A stretch of 64,000 bases of DNA, taken from a virus (lineage: Duplodnaviria > Caudoviricetes). The stretch spans positions 20,198-84,197 of the IMG/VR virus record IMGVR_UViG_2916441648_000002; one strand, 5' to 3'. The notes below the pieces were generated by a model. The model had not been told where the DNA came from. It saw nothing but the letters and a program-made list of their open reading frames with translations, and searched no databases. Positions 36,916 to 46,543 of the stretch are shown piece after piece. Each line of letters opens with the position of its first letter. Position 1 is the first letter of the stretch. Position numbers and translations under genes: made by a program.

Positions 36916-36957
36916 TTGTTTGCCCCAAAAAAAGCGGCCCGAAGGCCGCCATTGATT

Positions 36958-38166
36958 TTAGCTACCAGCACCGGACAGGTCGCCCCAGACAAATGCTTCT
37001 GGACGGTATACCGCCAGCGCCGCACGCTCTTCGCAACGAATCGAGATCATGTTTTTCTCGAAATCGTCGGCGTTCTCGGTTGAAATAACCACGTTGGCTT
37101 CTTCACGGTCGAACAGTTGCGCACCAGCATTAAATGCGCCCGTAAGGAACTTACCGATAAACTGCGCGGTCTCAGTCGCCACCACTGGCAGCGCCCACAA
37201 TGTCGGCGTAGTGAGCTGCGCCGGGTTCGCCAGGATGTAACGACCAAGCTCATCTTTGGTCAGCTCAATTTTGGCCCAGTCGATGAAGTGCAGCACATGT
37301 CCTGATGCAGGGAAGCGCGCCAGTTGCGCCTGAAGCATCGCCAGACGCAGGCGGTCAATACCTGTTTCACGCTCTACCGCAAATGCCGGATTAAACGCCG
37401 TCGCCTGCGGAATGATGCCCTTCAGATGTGCGCCGGTGCCGTCGCCGAATAGAATTTCCTGCTCTTCAGCATATTTCAGGCCGTAGCGCATCTCAGCGTC
37501 GATAGTTGACTGAAGCTGTGCAAAATCGTCCAAGATCTGTTTGGATGCTTTGAACATGTGCGCAATGGTGCGCACGGGCGTTGTTTCTTCAGCGAACTCA
37601 ATTTCACTGTAAGGTTTGGTGGTATTTTCCGGAACAGCAGCGGCGTTATTAGTGAATCCTGTCTGTTTCACGTAATAAATGGTGTTGGACTGCGTGCGGC
37701 CCGGGGAGATAAGGTCACGGATGAACAGACGCTGCTTTGGTGTAGTGTCGATACCGGGCAGGCGCTGCGGAGCGACAATGGTTCCACCTACATCCACTGT
37801 GGTCAGTGCCGCCTTAACAGGCACGGCAATACGTTTATTACCTTCTAGGCTTGAGCGAATGTCTTTCATCATGTCAGCAGAAACTACCTGCTGACCGACG
37901 GACTGAATAACTTCCTTTGCGGCATTCAGCGGCATATTTGCCACATGCTGCTCAAGCTCCCCCAGGGAAGCGGCCAACGTTTTATGCGCACCGTTAAGGG
38001 CATTAAATTCGGTAGCAATTTTATCCACCGACTCTTTGGTTTCTGCGGAAAGCTTGCCTGAGGCCTGAGCCTCGTTAATCGCTTTTTCCGCCTTCTGGCT
38101 GAATTCACCAGATACTTCTTCCAGCTTCGCAGAAACTTTTTTCAGCAATTCGTTTACATCAGACAT
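36958..38166 (-). CDS. Major capsid protein (HK97 fold)
   Basis: 402 aa; coiled-coil delta domain; EEQEILFGDGTG; FEKNMISIRCEER. Confidence 0.92.
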   Translation of the reverse strand: MSDVNELLKKVSAKLEEVSGEFSQKAEKAINEAQASGKLSAETKESVDKIATEFNALNGAHKTLAASLGELEQHVANMPLNAAKEVIQSVGQQVVSADMMKDIRSSLEGNKRIAVPVKAALTTVDVGGTIVAPQRLPGIDTTPKQRLFIRDLISPGRTQSNTIYYVKQTGFTNNAAAVPENTTKPYSEIEFAEETTPVRTIAHMFKASKQILDDFAQLQSTIDAEMRYGLKYAEEQEILFGDGTGAHLKGIIPQATAFNPAFAVERETGIDRLRLAMLQAQLARFPASGHVLHFIDWAKIELTKDELGRYILANPAQLTTPTLWALPVVATETAQFIGKFLTGAFNAGAQLFDREEANVVISTENADDFEKNMISIRCEERAALAVYRPEAFVWGDLSGAGS

Positions 38167-38175
38167 ATTTATTCC

Positions 38176-39024
38176 TTATTTGCCGAACGCGGCCAGCGCG
38201 TTTTCAAGCGTTTGAATGTTTTCGGGGTTTATTTGGTCGGTAGCGCCCGGCATACCGTCAGGATTGGTGGCAGCGCCAGGCATGCCACCGGATAAGGCTT
38301 TAATGAGTTTTCTGCGCTCAGAGCGCGGGGTGTTGGTTTTAGCCAGCAGCGCATCAAGTTTGCGAAGCGCGGCCGCGGGTGATTCATCGCCATCACTGAC
38401 CGCATCAGCAGAAAGCAGGCTGTCTGCCAGTCCCTTCGCCACAGCGTCACTGCCACCGATATAGCTTTCCGCGTCCATCAGCTTCTGCACAGCGGCCATA
38501 TCAAGGCCGGAGCGCGCCGCGTAGATGTCAGCCATAGCGGTATCGAAGGGTTCCAGTGACTGTGCCAGTTCTGCAAAATCATGGCGGTTTCCCATCGCAT
38601 ATACCCAGCAGTTGTGGATCATCAGGAAGGCACCGCGGCCAATCTGAATATCATCCCCGGCCATCGCAATTATCGAGGCGGCGCTGGCGGCAATGCCCAG
38701 CACCTTCACCGTTACACGGCCTTCGTATTCGCGGAGCAGGTTGTAAATAGCCAGACCTTCGAACATGTCGCCGCCCGGTGAGTTGATATTCACCGTGACG
38801 TCGGCGCCGTTCATCGCCCGAAGCGCACCGGCAATACGTTTAGCTGTTACCCCTTCGCCCCAGTAGTCCTGTCCGATAACATCAAAAACAGAAATGCTGT
38901 TATCGTCGGTGGCCGCCGCTTTGATCCCGCCGTCCCAGCGGTCCAGTGCGGACGGTAATGTTTCACAGGTAACGCGCGCGCAGGGGCGACCCGCCGGTGC
39001 TACCGGAAGTTGTTTTTTGCTCAT
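38176..39024 (-). CDS. ClpP-like prohead protease
   Basis: INSPGGDMFEG, AASAAS, LMIHN. Confidence 0.9.
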   Translation of the reverse strand: MSKKQLPVAPAGRPCARVTCETLPSALDRWDGGIKAAATDDNSISVFDVIGQDYWGEGVTAKRIAGALRAMNGADVTVNINSPGGDMFEGLAIYNLLREYEGRVTVKVLGIAASAASIIAMAGDDIQIGRGAFLMIHNCWVYAMGNRHDFAELAQSLEPFDTAMADIYAARSGLDMAAVQKLMDAESYIGGSDAVAKGLADSLLSADAVSDGDESPAAALRKLDALLAKTNTPRSERRKLIKALSGGMPGAATNPDGMPGATDQINPENIQTLENALAAFGK

Positions 39025-39037
39025 CAGGAAAGTGCTC

Positions 39038-40342
39038 CTAAGCGGCCTGTTTCAGCGGAGATTGTTCAAAGGAAATGTCAGGGAATATGTGGTTATGCAA
39101 TTCTCTCAAGGCCAGAGCCTGAACAGCAGGATTGCTGCTTTCGAGATTTTTCAGTTGCGTCAGGTTGAGCTGAACGGTGTAAATGTCGCCCCCTTCAATC
39201 GGTGGCATATTTTCAAGGCGACGCACGTCATTGCGGGACATCCACCCATTCTGGAGCGCGCTGGTATAGTACGCAGCACGACCGGCACTATCGGCACGCA
39301 GCAGTCCTTCTACGGAGAACTCCGCGAATACCTCATCATCGCTGTCCAGCAGGCACCGTCCAATTTCCTGTTCGATGTTCACCAGCAGGGGACGCAGGGT
39401 ATGCGTCAGGAACTGGAGGTTCATGCCCTCCAGACTGGATGCCCAGCTGCTTTGCTTCGTGGTATGACCGACCATGAAAGGTGGAACGCGAAACCAGCGA
39501 CAGATTTCCTCAATACTGAAAGAGCGGCTTTCCAGCATCTGGGCGTCTTCCGGATTCATGGTGACGCCCTGATACTTCAATCCGCCTTCAAGTACCATTA
39601 TTTTCCCGGCGTTTTTTGAGCCGGTAAATGCAGCCATGTAGCTGCGAAGTCTTTCACGTTGTTCGTCAGACAGCGCATTATCAGCGGAGAGAAAACCTGA
39701 ACTCTGAAGCCCCTGTTCAAATATCTTTGCAGCAGACTCCTCAACCGCCATTGCAGAACCGAACACATCCCGGCCTGTTTTCATCGGCATCATGCCGCAA
39801 ACACCGTCCAGACCAAACCCGCGAATGTGCATGATGTTTTTGACGGGAATGACGCGCTCGTTACCATTTTCAGTGTATTTGTATTCCAGCGCCCCGGTAG
39901 TGAGACGTTTAACCACCATGTTCTGCGGAAGCAAAGGCACCAGCGAAACCAGGCGGTTTGCGATGAATTTCTTCTCAATGAAGGCGTTCCCGCGCAGGCA
40001 AATACTGGCGACAACCATCAACATAAAGCGTGATGGTGTCATTTCTAAATTGGGTCGTCGGCACAGTATCGAATAGGCCGGATGATCGGTTGCTGCTTTA
40101 CGCGAACCGTCAGGCTGTCGAACGTATATTTTCAGCGGAAGGGTTGAAATAGACTCGCTTAACAGTCTTACGCATGCCCACACAGCAGATAGCTGGATGG
40201 CTTTATCGGCCGTGACCACCTTTCCGCTACTGCTGGTGCCAAACCATTCCTCCCAGAACGTGCCGGTAGTCAGGCTGATAGGCACCCCAAGCCAGTTAAG
40301 CAGAGCGCTTTTCACCCTGCCTGGCTGTTTGTTTTTTTTCAT
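39038..40342 (-). CDS. Portal protein (HK97 family)
   Basis: LSAVWACVRLLSE; EEICRWFRVPP. Confidence 0.92.
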   Translation of the reverse strand: MKKNKQPGRVKSALLNWLGVPISLTTGTFWEEWFGTSSSGKVVTADKAIQLSAVWACVRLLSESISTLPLKIYVRQPDGSRKAATDHPAYSILCRRPNLEMTPSRFMLMVVASICLRGNAFIEKKFIANRLVSLVPLLPQNMVVKRLTTGALEYKYTENGNERVIPVKNIMHIRGFGLDGVCGMMPMKTGRDVFGSAMAVEESAAKIFEQGLQSSGFLSADNALSDEQRERLRSYMAAFTGSKNAGKIMVLEGGLKYQGVTMNPEDAQMLESRSFSIEEICRWFRVPPFMVGHTTKQSSWASSLEGMNLQFLTHTLRPLLVNIEQEIGRCLLDSDDEVFAEFSVEGLLRADSAGRAAYYTSALQNGWMSRNDVRRLENMPPIEGGDIYTVQLNLTQLKNLESSNPAVQALALRELHNHIFPDISFEQSPLKQAA

Positions 40343-42078
40343 CAGAAACCTACCATGATGGGATTATTGAAGAATCCGGAGAGATCCTGCTGGTCGTTGC
40401 CGCCGTTAACCAGAACGCGGCTCATTGCTGTGAACAATGCCGCCGGGCCATCAATCTTGGCCTCTGGTGTGGACTTGTTCGGGAAAATGTTCTCGTTCCG
40501 GTCAGGTTTGACGGTTACGTTGGACATCATCCAGTTCATTACCGGGTGATCGCTGTGATGGAAGCGGCCACCGTATACCAGTGCTTCGACCTCTTTCATC
40601 GCCTCAGAGAAATTGCGAACCGTCTGCGGCACTTCCACCAGCGGCAGCCCTTCTTCTGCCAGCGCAAGGCTGAACTGCGTCGCACTCCACGGGTCGAAGC
40701 CAATTTCTTTCAGACTCTCGCCAGCAACCCACACCTGCAGCTCTTCCTTAATCTGAGCATGGTCGATTACATCCCCGTCGGTAAGGATCAGCTTGTCCAT
40801 CTCGGCCCACTTACGATAGAGCTCTGCCATCTGGCGGGAACACTTCTCAAGGCGTCCCTCCGGCAGCCAGAATTTAAAATCCGCATGAACGTGGCCACCT
40901 GGCGCGCGCCAGACTTTAGCGGCTGCACAGATATCAATTTTGTTTGAAAGGTCAACGCCCACCCAGGAGGGATAGGTTTTAAGTTCGTGCTGCGGGGCGA
41001 TAAACTCGCATTTTTCCCATTTCATCATGTCCATCCAGGCAGACTCAGCGGTAACCCAGATATTCATGTGTTTGGTGAAAAAGTTAATCCTGGCCGAAAC
41101 CTGCTCTTTCGCCTTTTTAGCCAGGCGGCGCAGGTCATCCCAACGCTTACAGATACCCAGCCCCGGATTCGCCTTCTGCCAGACTTTTTCATCGAAGGGA
41201 TCGTCACCTTCATCTAAGGTGTAGATGATGGCAAAAAACGTATCGTCTTTAACCAGGCCGCGCAGGACCTTGATTGCGTAATCGCGTAGTTCGTAACAGA
41301 TACCTTCTTTGTTGAAGCCGGCGGTGGTGATACCGAAAAGCAGAGATTGCAGGCGCGCGCCGGTGGCCGTCTCAAGAACGTCCCAGACGTCACGGGTTTT
41401 ATGAGCATGCAGCTCGTCGACGATGGCGCAATGAATGTTCAGGCCGTCGAGGTTGTTCGCATCTGATGATAAAGGCTCGAATTTGGAGGCCGTTTGCTCT
41501 TGGTAGATAGCGAGCTTGTTGAATTCGAAAATCCGCCCAAGAGTGGCTTTCGCCTTCTTGACCATATTTTTCGCGTCTTCAAAAACAATTCGCGCCTGGT
41601 CACGGGTGGTTGCAGCGGAATAAACCTCCGCTCCGCCTTCGCCGTCTGCGCCAGCCATATAAAGCCCCACACCGGAGCAAAGCGTTGATTTGGCATTTTT
41701 ACGGGCCACCTCAACATCTGCTGTACGGAAACGCCGAACCATCACCGGCCGACCGCTGCCGTCGTTACGCAGGACGGTTTCTCCCGTTTCTTCGTTAACC
41801 AGTGGGATAACAAAACCAAAAATATTAATCAGGATAAAAACATGCCAGTCCATCAGCTCGATAGGCTGGCCTGCCAGCGCGCCTTTTACGTGAGGCACAA
41901 AATTATAGAAATTCAGAATGTGCTGCGCGCGCGGCTCACTGAAGAAAATACCGCGCTCTTCGCCATGTGCCAGATCGTCAAGAAAACGCTGGCAGGCAAG
42001 GCGCACATACTCACAGGCAATAATTTCCCCCGCCACCACCCTCTCGGCGTAGCGGATGCCTTCTGCAACCTTAGCCAT
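40342..42078 (-). CDS. Terminase large subunit
   Basis: VARKNAKST Walker A, IVDELH Walker B, KIDG nuclease motif. Confidence 0.95.
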   Translation of the reverse strand: MAKVAEGIRYAERVVAGEIIACEYVRLACQRFLDDLAHGEERGIFFSEPRAQHILNFYNFVPHVKGALAGQPIELMDWHVFILINIFGFVIPLVNEETGETVLRNDGSGRPVMVRRFRTADVEVARKNAKSTLCSGVGLYMAGADGEGGAEVYSAATTRDQARIVFEDAKNMVKKAKATLGRIFEFNKLAIYQEQTASKFEPLSSDANNLDGLNIHCAIVDELHAHKTRDVWDVLETATGARLQSLLFGITTAGFNKEGICYELRDYAIKVLRGLVKDDTFFAIIYTLDEGDDPFDEKVWQKANPGLGICKRWDDLRRLAKKAKEQVSARINFFTKHMNIWVTAESAWMDMMKWEKCEFIAPQHELKTYPSWVGVDLSNKIDICAAAKVWRAPGGHVHADFKFWLPEGRLEKCSRQMAELYRKWAEMDKLILTDGDVIDHAQIKEELQVWVAGESLKEIGFDPWSATQFSLALAEEGLPLVEVPQTVRNFSEAMKEVEALVYGGRFHHSDHPVMNWMMSNVTVKPDRNENIFPNKSTPEAKIDGPAALFTAMSRVLVNGGNDQQDLSGFFNNPIMVGF

Positions 42079-42551
42079 TAATCCCTCGCATTCATAAACT
42101 CGGTCAGCGGATCAACCGCATCAGGACCTTTGGCATTAACCTTAGAACGGCTGGCTGGCGTCATGCCAAACTCACCGAGCATGGCGCGCAGACGTTTCCA
42201 GGCATCAGCTTTCATGATGGCCGCCGGGTGAGCCTTTATCAGCACATCCCCGCTCTGCGTTTCGGTCCGGTAGGTGTAGCCCTCAACTTCAAGCGTGTCG
42301 CAGTGATGCCGGTATTCGGTATAAGCCTCAACAAGCAGCTCAAGGGCTCTGGCGTCCAGCTGAGACATCACACCGATAGCATCAAGCTCGTCGGCCATCC
42401 GTTTAAACCAGTATTTCCCCTGCTTATCGAAATGCTTCGGCGTTGGGGGTACCCCTGAAGGGGGTTTTGGTTCGTTCTCATTGATCGGGCGCTTTGATGG
42501 GTTACCCCTCACCAAACGTAGATGGGTCGGGGTTTTCGGTGGTCCAGACAT
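42078..42551 (-). CDS. Terminase small subunit (P27 family)
   Basis: GPPKTPT..L.RGNPSKR; EFGMTPASR. Confidence 0.92.
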   Translation of the reverse strand: MSGPPKTPTHLRLVRGNPSKRPINENEPKPPSGVPPTPKHFDKQGKYWFKRMADELDAIGVMSQLDARALELLVEAYTEYRHHCDTLEVEGYTYRTETQSGDVLIKAHPAAIMKADAWKRLRAMLGEFGMTPASRSKVNAKGPDAVDPLTEFMNARD

Positions 42552-42559
42552 AATCGAAA

Positions 42560-42700
42560 ACTCCTATTAATCATCGAATGGGGTACCCCTAAAAAAAGTT
42601 TTCTAACCTGCGGCGATGTGAAAAGAGGTTAGGCGGCGGTCCTTTAGGGTGATTTCCCTGAGGTTTTTACCCGCCCTCCCCCAGACCGCGCAAATGAGAG
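42560..42700. other. Putative cos/packaging region
   Basis: Non-coding gap between HNH and terS; inverted repeat CTAACCT/AGGTTAG and a GC-rich core; cut site not determinable. Confidence 0.5.
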
Positions 42701-42706
42701 CAGATA

Positions 42707-43357
42707 TCATTTAACCGACTCATGCACGATTTTCGCCAGTTTCCGGCTCGGGGGACCACTGTTACCAATGCGAGGGCTGAACACCTTACTGATGTCCCAG
42801 CCTGCCTTCAGTCGATACTCAATGGAGTTTCTCGAAATACCCAGGTAATCCGCCCATTCGTTAAGACACATCGTCTTGCCGTGAGCGGTATATCTGCGGT
42901 CGGAGTTCTCTCGCATTGTCTTTCTCATCTTGTCTACGCCTCGCTTCTGATTGCACACAGGGCAACTTGGCACAAGATTGTCAGGCTCGTTATTGGTCTT
43001 ACAGTCATCGAGGTGGTCGATGTGAAGGGTGTCCCAGCCAACGGTTTTTGCACACCAGTGACAACGGAACGGTCCAGCCCCATGTTTGTCGTAATAGACT
43101 TTCCGGTGCTCGTAAACACGAGGACTCCCACATGCCAAAGGATGATCGGGCGCATACACCAGCAGATATCCGCCAGTGTGCTCCAGCTTGCCATCCTTTC
43201 TTGTGCTGAGCTTCTCTGTCGTTCCATGACGCCGGACGCGCATGTAATGCTTTTCACAGTAGTGGCTGTTACGGGATCGTACCGATAATTCGCATCCATC
43301 CACAATGCAGGCAGCATGGGCGTGCGGAAGCCCTGAACCATGTTTCGATTCAGTCAT
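42707..43357 (-). CDS. Homing-type HNH endonuclease with C-terminal HTH
   Basis: EHRKVY...CHWC...HIDHLDDCKTNNEPDNLVPSCPVCN; C-terminal LNEWADYLGIS. Confidence 0.8.
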   Translation of the reverse strand: MTESKHGSGLPHAHAACIVDGCELSVRSRNSHYCEKHYMRVRRHGTTEKLSTRKDGKLEHTGGYLLVYAPDHPLACGSPRVYEHRKVYYDKHGAGPFRCHWCAKTVGWDTLHIDHLDDCKTNNEPDNLVPSCPVCNQKRGVDKMRKTMRENSDRRYTAHGKTMCLNEWADYLGISRNSIEYRLKAGWDISKVFSPRIGNSGPPSRKLAKIVHESVK

Positions 43358-43371
43358 CTTCACCTCGTTAC

Positions 43372-43728
43372 TTAATTTCTGTTCAGGCGCTCGCGTGCTG
43401 TCTTAGCTTTATGGCAGCCGCGGCAAATTGATTCCAGATTAGAAAGATCGTCAGTGCCACCGTGAGCTTTCGGCTTTATGTGGTCCACCGTCTCAGCGGG
43501 TGTATACCTTCCATTTCGCAGGCATTCCTGACAAAGGTGTTTATCTCTGTCGAGAACGATTGGACGCAGCCTGTCCCACTTGCTGCCATAACCTCGCTGA
43601 TGCCTGCTCTGTCCTCGCTGATGCTGCTGCCAGCCTTCGTTAAGGTGCTGGGGACAATAGCCTGAGCGGTCTGTGGTTGTGCCAGGACAGCCACGCTTGC
43701 GGCATGCTCTCGGTATTAACGCAGGCAT
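43372..43728 (-). CDS. HNH endonuclease, HK97 gp74-like packaging factor
   Basis: RGYGSKW..LR...RD..LCQEC...VDHIKP...GG.DD.SNL..IC..CH. Confidence 0.9.
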   Translation of the reverse strand: MPALIPRACRKRGCPGTTTDRSGYCPQHLNEGWQQHQRGQSRHQRGYGSKWDRLRPIVLDRDKHLCQECLRNGRYTPAETVDHIKPKAHGGTDDLSNLESICRGCHKAKTARERLNRN

Positions 43729-44318
43729 CAGGCTAACCTCCACGCCACCCGGCGTTCTGTACGTGGCGCTGAGTCAGGGTGACGCTCAACCGGTTCACCA
43801 TCTGCATGGTCCACCAGCGAGTAACACGGATAAACCACAGCGCCGCCATAGGCATCACCAACGGCATAATCGGCAGGCTTGCTGCTGTCCCACCGAGCCA
43901 GCACACGTTCAATGTGTTGCTGTGGGACGCTGTAGCAGACACCGTGTATCAGTCGCGGCAGCGTGATGTAGTCAGCCTGAGTCTTATCAGCAACAATCAG
44001 CCGTTCGGCTATCGGCATTTGATACTGTGGCGGGCGGCCGGTACCGAGATAAAAGCTCACGAGCGCCTCGGGAAAACGAGCAAGCCACTCATCCATCAAT
44101 TCTGTAAAACCAGCAACTGGAAGCGCATCGTCCTCACACACCACTACCCGGCAAGGTTGCTCAGCAGCCCATTCGATAGCGCGACGATGATTCCAGTTCG
44201 CGCCGCGGTTACCGTCATCAATAAGCAGATGAGCATCCAGCAGCGAGGCAAGTCGTTGCGCATGACCTATGCGCGAGTGATGGCCAACCACAACAAACTT
44301 CACTTGTGTTTCCACCAT
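43728..44318 (-). CDS. Putative glycosyltransferase, GT25-like/GT-A (196 aa)
   Basis: VVVCEDDA; homolog of 531-1124; stop overlaps the HNH start. Confidence 0.6.
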   Translation of the reverse strand: MVETQVKFVVVGHHSRIGHAQRLASLLDAHLLIDDGNRGANWNHRRAIEWAAEQPCRVVVCEDDALPVAGFTELMDEWLARFPEALVSFYLGTGRPPQYQMPIAERLIVADKTQADYITLPRLIHGVCYSVPQQHIERVLARWDSSKPADYAVGDAYGGAVVYPCYSLVDHADGEPVERHPDSAPRTERRVAWRLA

Positions 44319-45757
44319 GCGGCCTCCTTACCAAATCCGTCAGTTTTAAAGATGGTGTGAACCTTAGGGCCTGTGACGATTCGATCACCGAATGACTTTG
44401 CAGCCATACCGAACGCGCCCATATCCACCAGCGTTGCGGGTGCTGTCTCCATTTTCCAGAAGCGATGGCTCTCTATCCGGTAGTAAAGGCGGATGATCCG
44501 GTGTGCAAACTCCATGACGTCCTCACGGCTGCCACCAAGCAGACCAGCATTAAGCAAAGGTTCGTCGCGGTGCCGCTCCAGAAATTGTCGGTATGCACTG
44601 CCGTGGTGATTGACCCTCATCCATTCGTCGGCATACGTCTTATGCTCTGAGCCCACGTAAATTTTACCCGGCTCCATTTCTGCCCATGGCTCTCGCAACA
44701 TTTCGACGTCAGTACCGTCCGTACACCAGACAAGATGATACTCAGGATGCGCACGCAGAAACTGATAGATGTGTAGCCAGCGAGCAAAGTAAGGGCTCAT
44801 GTCCACCAGCGGGACTTCAACCAGATCGGCACCAGTTGGCGACTCTTTTAATTCGTCAGCCAGGACAATCGGCAACGCGCCGGATATTGAGTCCGCCCAA
44901 ACCTGAAGAGCCCGCGGGTCAGGCTTCATTTTTCCGCCGCGCTGTGGGTCTGGCTGACTCGTAAGCAGCGTCGTAATCACCAGATTCGGATTGGTACTGT
45001 ATGAAGCGAATCCGGCATAACCACTATCCCGCCGGCCGTTGAATATTCCGACGTTTCGTTTCACCAGTGCTTCACGGTCAGGCCGGGGAATAGAGCGCGT
45101 CCCCTCTTCATGCTCATCCATGGAGTGAATCAGCTTTTCAGAGCCGACCACATCAGCGAACGCCCAGGTCGATAACCCGGCGTTGTGAATGCGCAGCGCC
45201 AGATCGGGATGCTCGTACATGCCGCGACCGTATACCCGATCGAAACCGCCAACCTTCTCGATAGCGCTGCGGTGGTAATACAGCATCACGCCGCGCTGAC
45301 CGGTGTAAGCTATGTGCTTATCATCCCGATACAGGACCGCCATATCCTTCAGCTTATTCGTCCCTGCAAGATCGAGAAACTGATAAGCCAGGTGCGGCTC
45401 GGGTGATTCGATGTAAGGCAAGTGCCAGTTATCAGCGATGGGCCAGGCGTCATCGTCCCACAGGAAGAGATGCTCACACCCGGCGTCCATCAGCGCGGTT
45501 AAACTGGCGTTCTTCGATGCAACAATGCCGAGTGATGTTTCATGGCGAAGCAGCTGCACGCCGTTAGGCACTACTGCGGCAGGTTTCGAACCATCATCTA
45601 CAACCACCACCAGCGCGCCGGCTGGCAGGTGCCTCAGATGCTGTTCGAGTGAACGTTTTAAAACGTCTGCGCGCTGATGTGTCGAAATGGCAATGCCGAT
45701 CCGGGATGAAACGACGCTGGCGGGAGCGTATGGGACACCATCAATAGTGACCTGCAT
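44300..45757 (-). CDS. Two-domain glycosyltransferase (GT2 plus GT-A-like, 485 aa)
   Basis: IAISTHQR, VVVDDGS, FLWDDD; C-terminal CTDGTDV and LNAGLLGG. Confidence 0.8.
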   Translation of the reverse strand: MQVTIDGVPYAPASVVSSRIGIAISTHQRADVLKRSLEQHLRHLPAGALVVVVDDGSKPAAVVPNGVQLLRHETSLGIVASKNASLTALMDAGCEHLFLWDDDAWPIADNWHLPYIESPEPHLAYQFLDLAGTNKLKDMAVLYRDDKHIAYTGQRGVMLYYHRSAIEKVGGFDRVYGRGMYEHPDLALRIHNAGLSTWAFADVVGSEKLIHSMDEHEEGTRSIPRPDREALVKRNVGIFNGRRDSGYAGFASYSTNPNLVITTLLTSQPDPQRGGKMKPDPRALQVWADSISGALPIVLADELKESPTGADLVEVPLVDMSPYFARWLHIYQFLRAHPEYHLVWCTDGTDVEMLREPWAEMEPGKIYVGSEHKTYADEWMRVNHHGSAYRQFLERHRDEPLLNAGLLGGSREDVMEFAHRIIRLYYRIESHRFWKMETAPATLVDMGAFGMAAKSFGDRIVTGPKVHTIFKTDGFGKEAAWWKHK

Positions 45758-45768
45758 AAAACCTCCCG

Positions 45769-46422
45769 TCAGATTCCACGCCGTAAGGAAGTCCAGATCG
45801 CACCGCCTGGCTGCATAGCTTGTTGAATAATTTCGTCCACAACCTTTTTGATGGACTGCTGTAAGGCGGTCTCTAACGCGTTTTGGTGATTGGCGGCAAC
45901 CGCCAACTTTTCAGCCAAAATCTTCACGCGGCTTTTACCATCGTCAACATCGAGTGCCATGCCAGCTTCGTGCTGCTTACCCTTGTCGGTGACGTTCACG
46001 TTCAATTTCACGTTATAACCCGTAGACAATACGCCATCACCGATCAGCGCCTTATGGATGTAGGCTTGCCCTGATTTATCGACAAACCAGCCCCATTTAA
46101 AGTCTTCAATTGGGCAGTAGCTATTGATGCCGTCTCTTGGCTCATCTATAGGGCAGCCGATATAACCACCAGCGGGAACACCAAATCGAGTATTTGCCAG
46201 ATGCTTAATGGCAAACTCCTGCCCTTCAGCAGTCAGGAACGTGAAGAAGTTTTTCTCATGATATTTTGTAGCGGTATGGCGACTTTCAGCAAACCCCAGT
46301 TCTCGAAGCTCAGCTGCGCCAGATTTAGATGGCAGATCTCCACCAGTCAACGCACCACGAAAAAACAGCGCATAAAGAACATCCGTCGCAGCGCCGGACA
46401 ACGTAATGATTTTCTGACCCAT
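45769..46422 (-). CDS. Hypothetical protein with a tail-J (DUF1983)-like segment
   Basis: YNVKLNVNVTDKGKQHEAGMAL...ILAEKLAV resembles J YSIKVAVDSNGKQYAAGIGI...FLADRFAV. Confidence 0.6.
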   Translation of the reverse strand: MGQKIITLSGAATDVLYALFFRGALTGGDLPSKSGAAELRELGFAESRHTATKYHEKNFFTFLTAEGQEFAIKHLANTRFGVPAGGYIGCPIDEPRDGINSYCPIEDFKWGWFVDKSGQAYIHKALIGDGVLSTGYNVKLNVNVTDKGKQHEAGMALDVDDGKSRVKILAEKLAVAANHQNALETALQQSIKKVVDEIIQQAMQPGGAIWTSLRRGI

Positions 46423-46440
46423 GATTTATTTCCTTTTAGG

Positions 46441-46534
46441 CGTGAGCCTGTCGCACGGCAAAGCCGCCGAAAGTTAACGGTTTGCCCAGGCTCACAGCTG
46501 AAAGACTTTCTTTGATGTGCGCGTGCGATGCGCA
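46441..46534 (-). ncRNA. Candidate structured RNA leader
   Basis: 9-bp stem GTGAGCCTG/CAGGCTCAC enclosing a GGCAAA/TTTGCC stem; 5' TCGCACG complementary to bulged CGTGCGA; abuts the RBS of 46422. Confidence 0.45.
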
Positions 46535-46543
46535 GAGGTGTTA

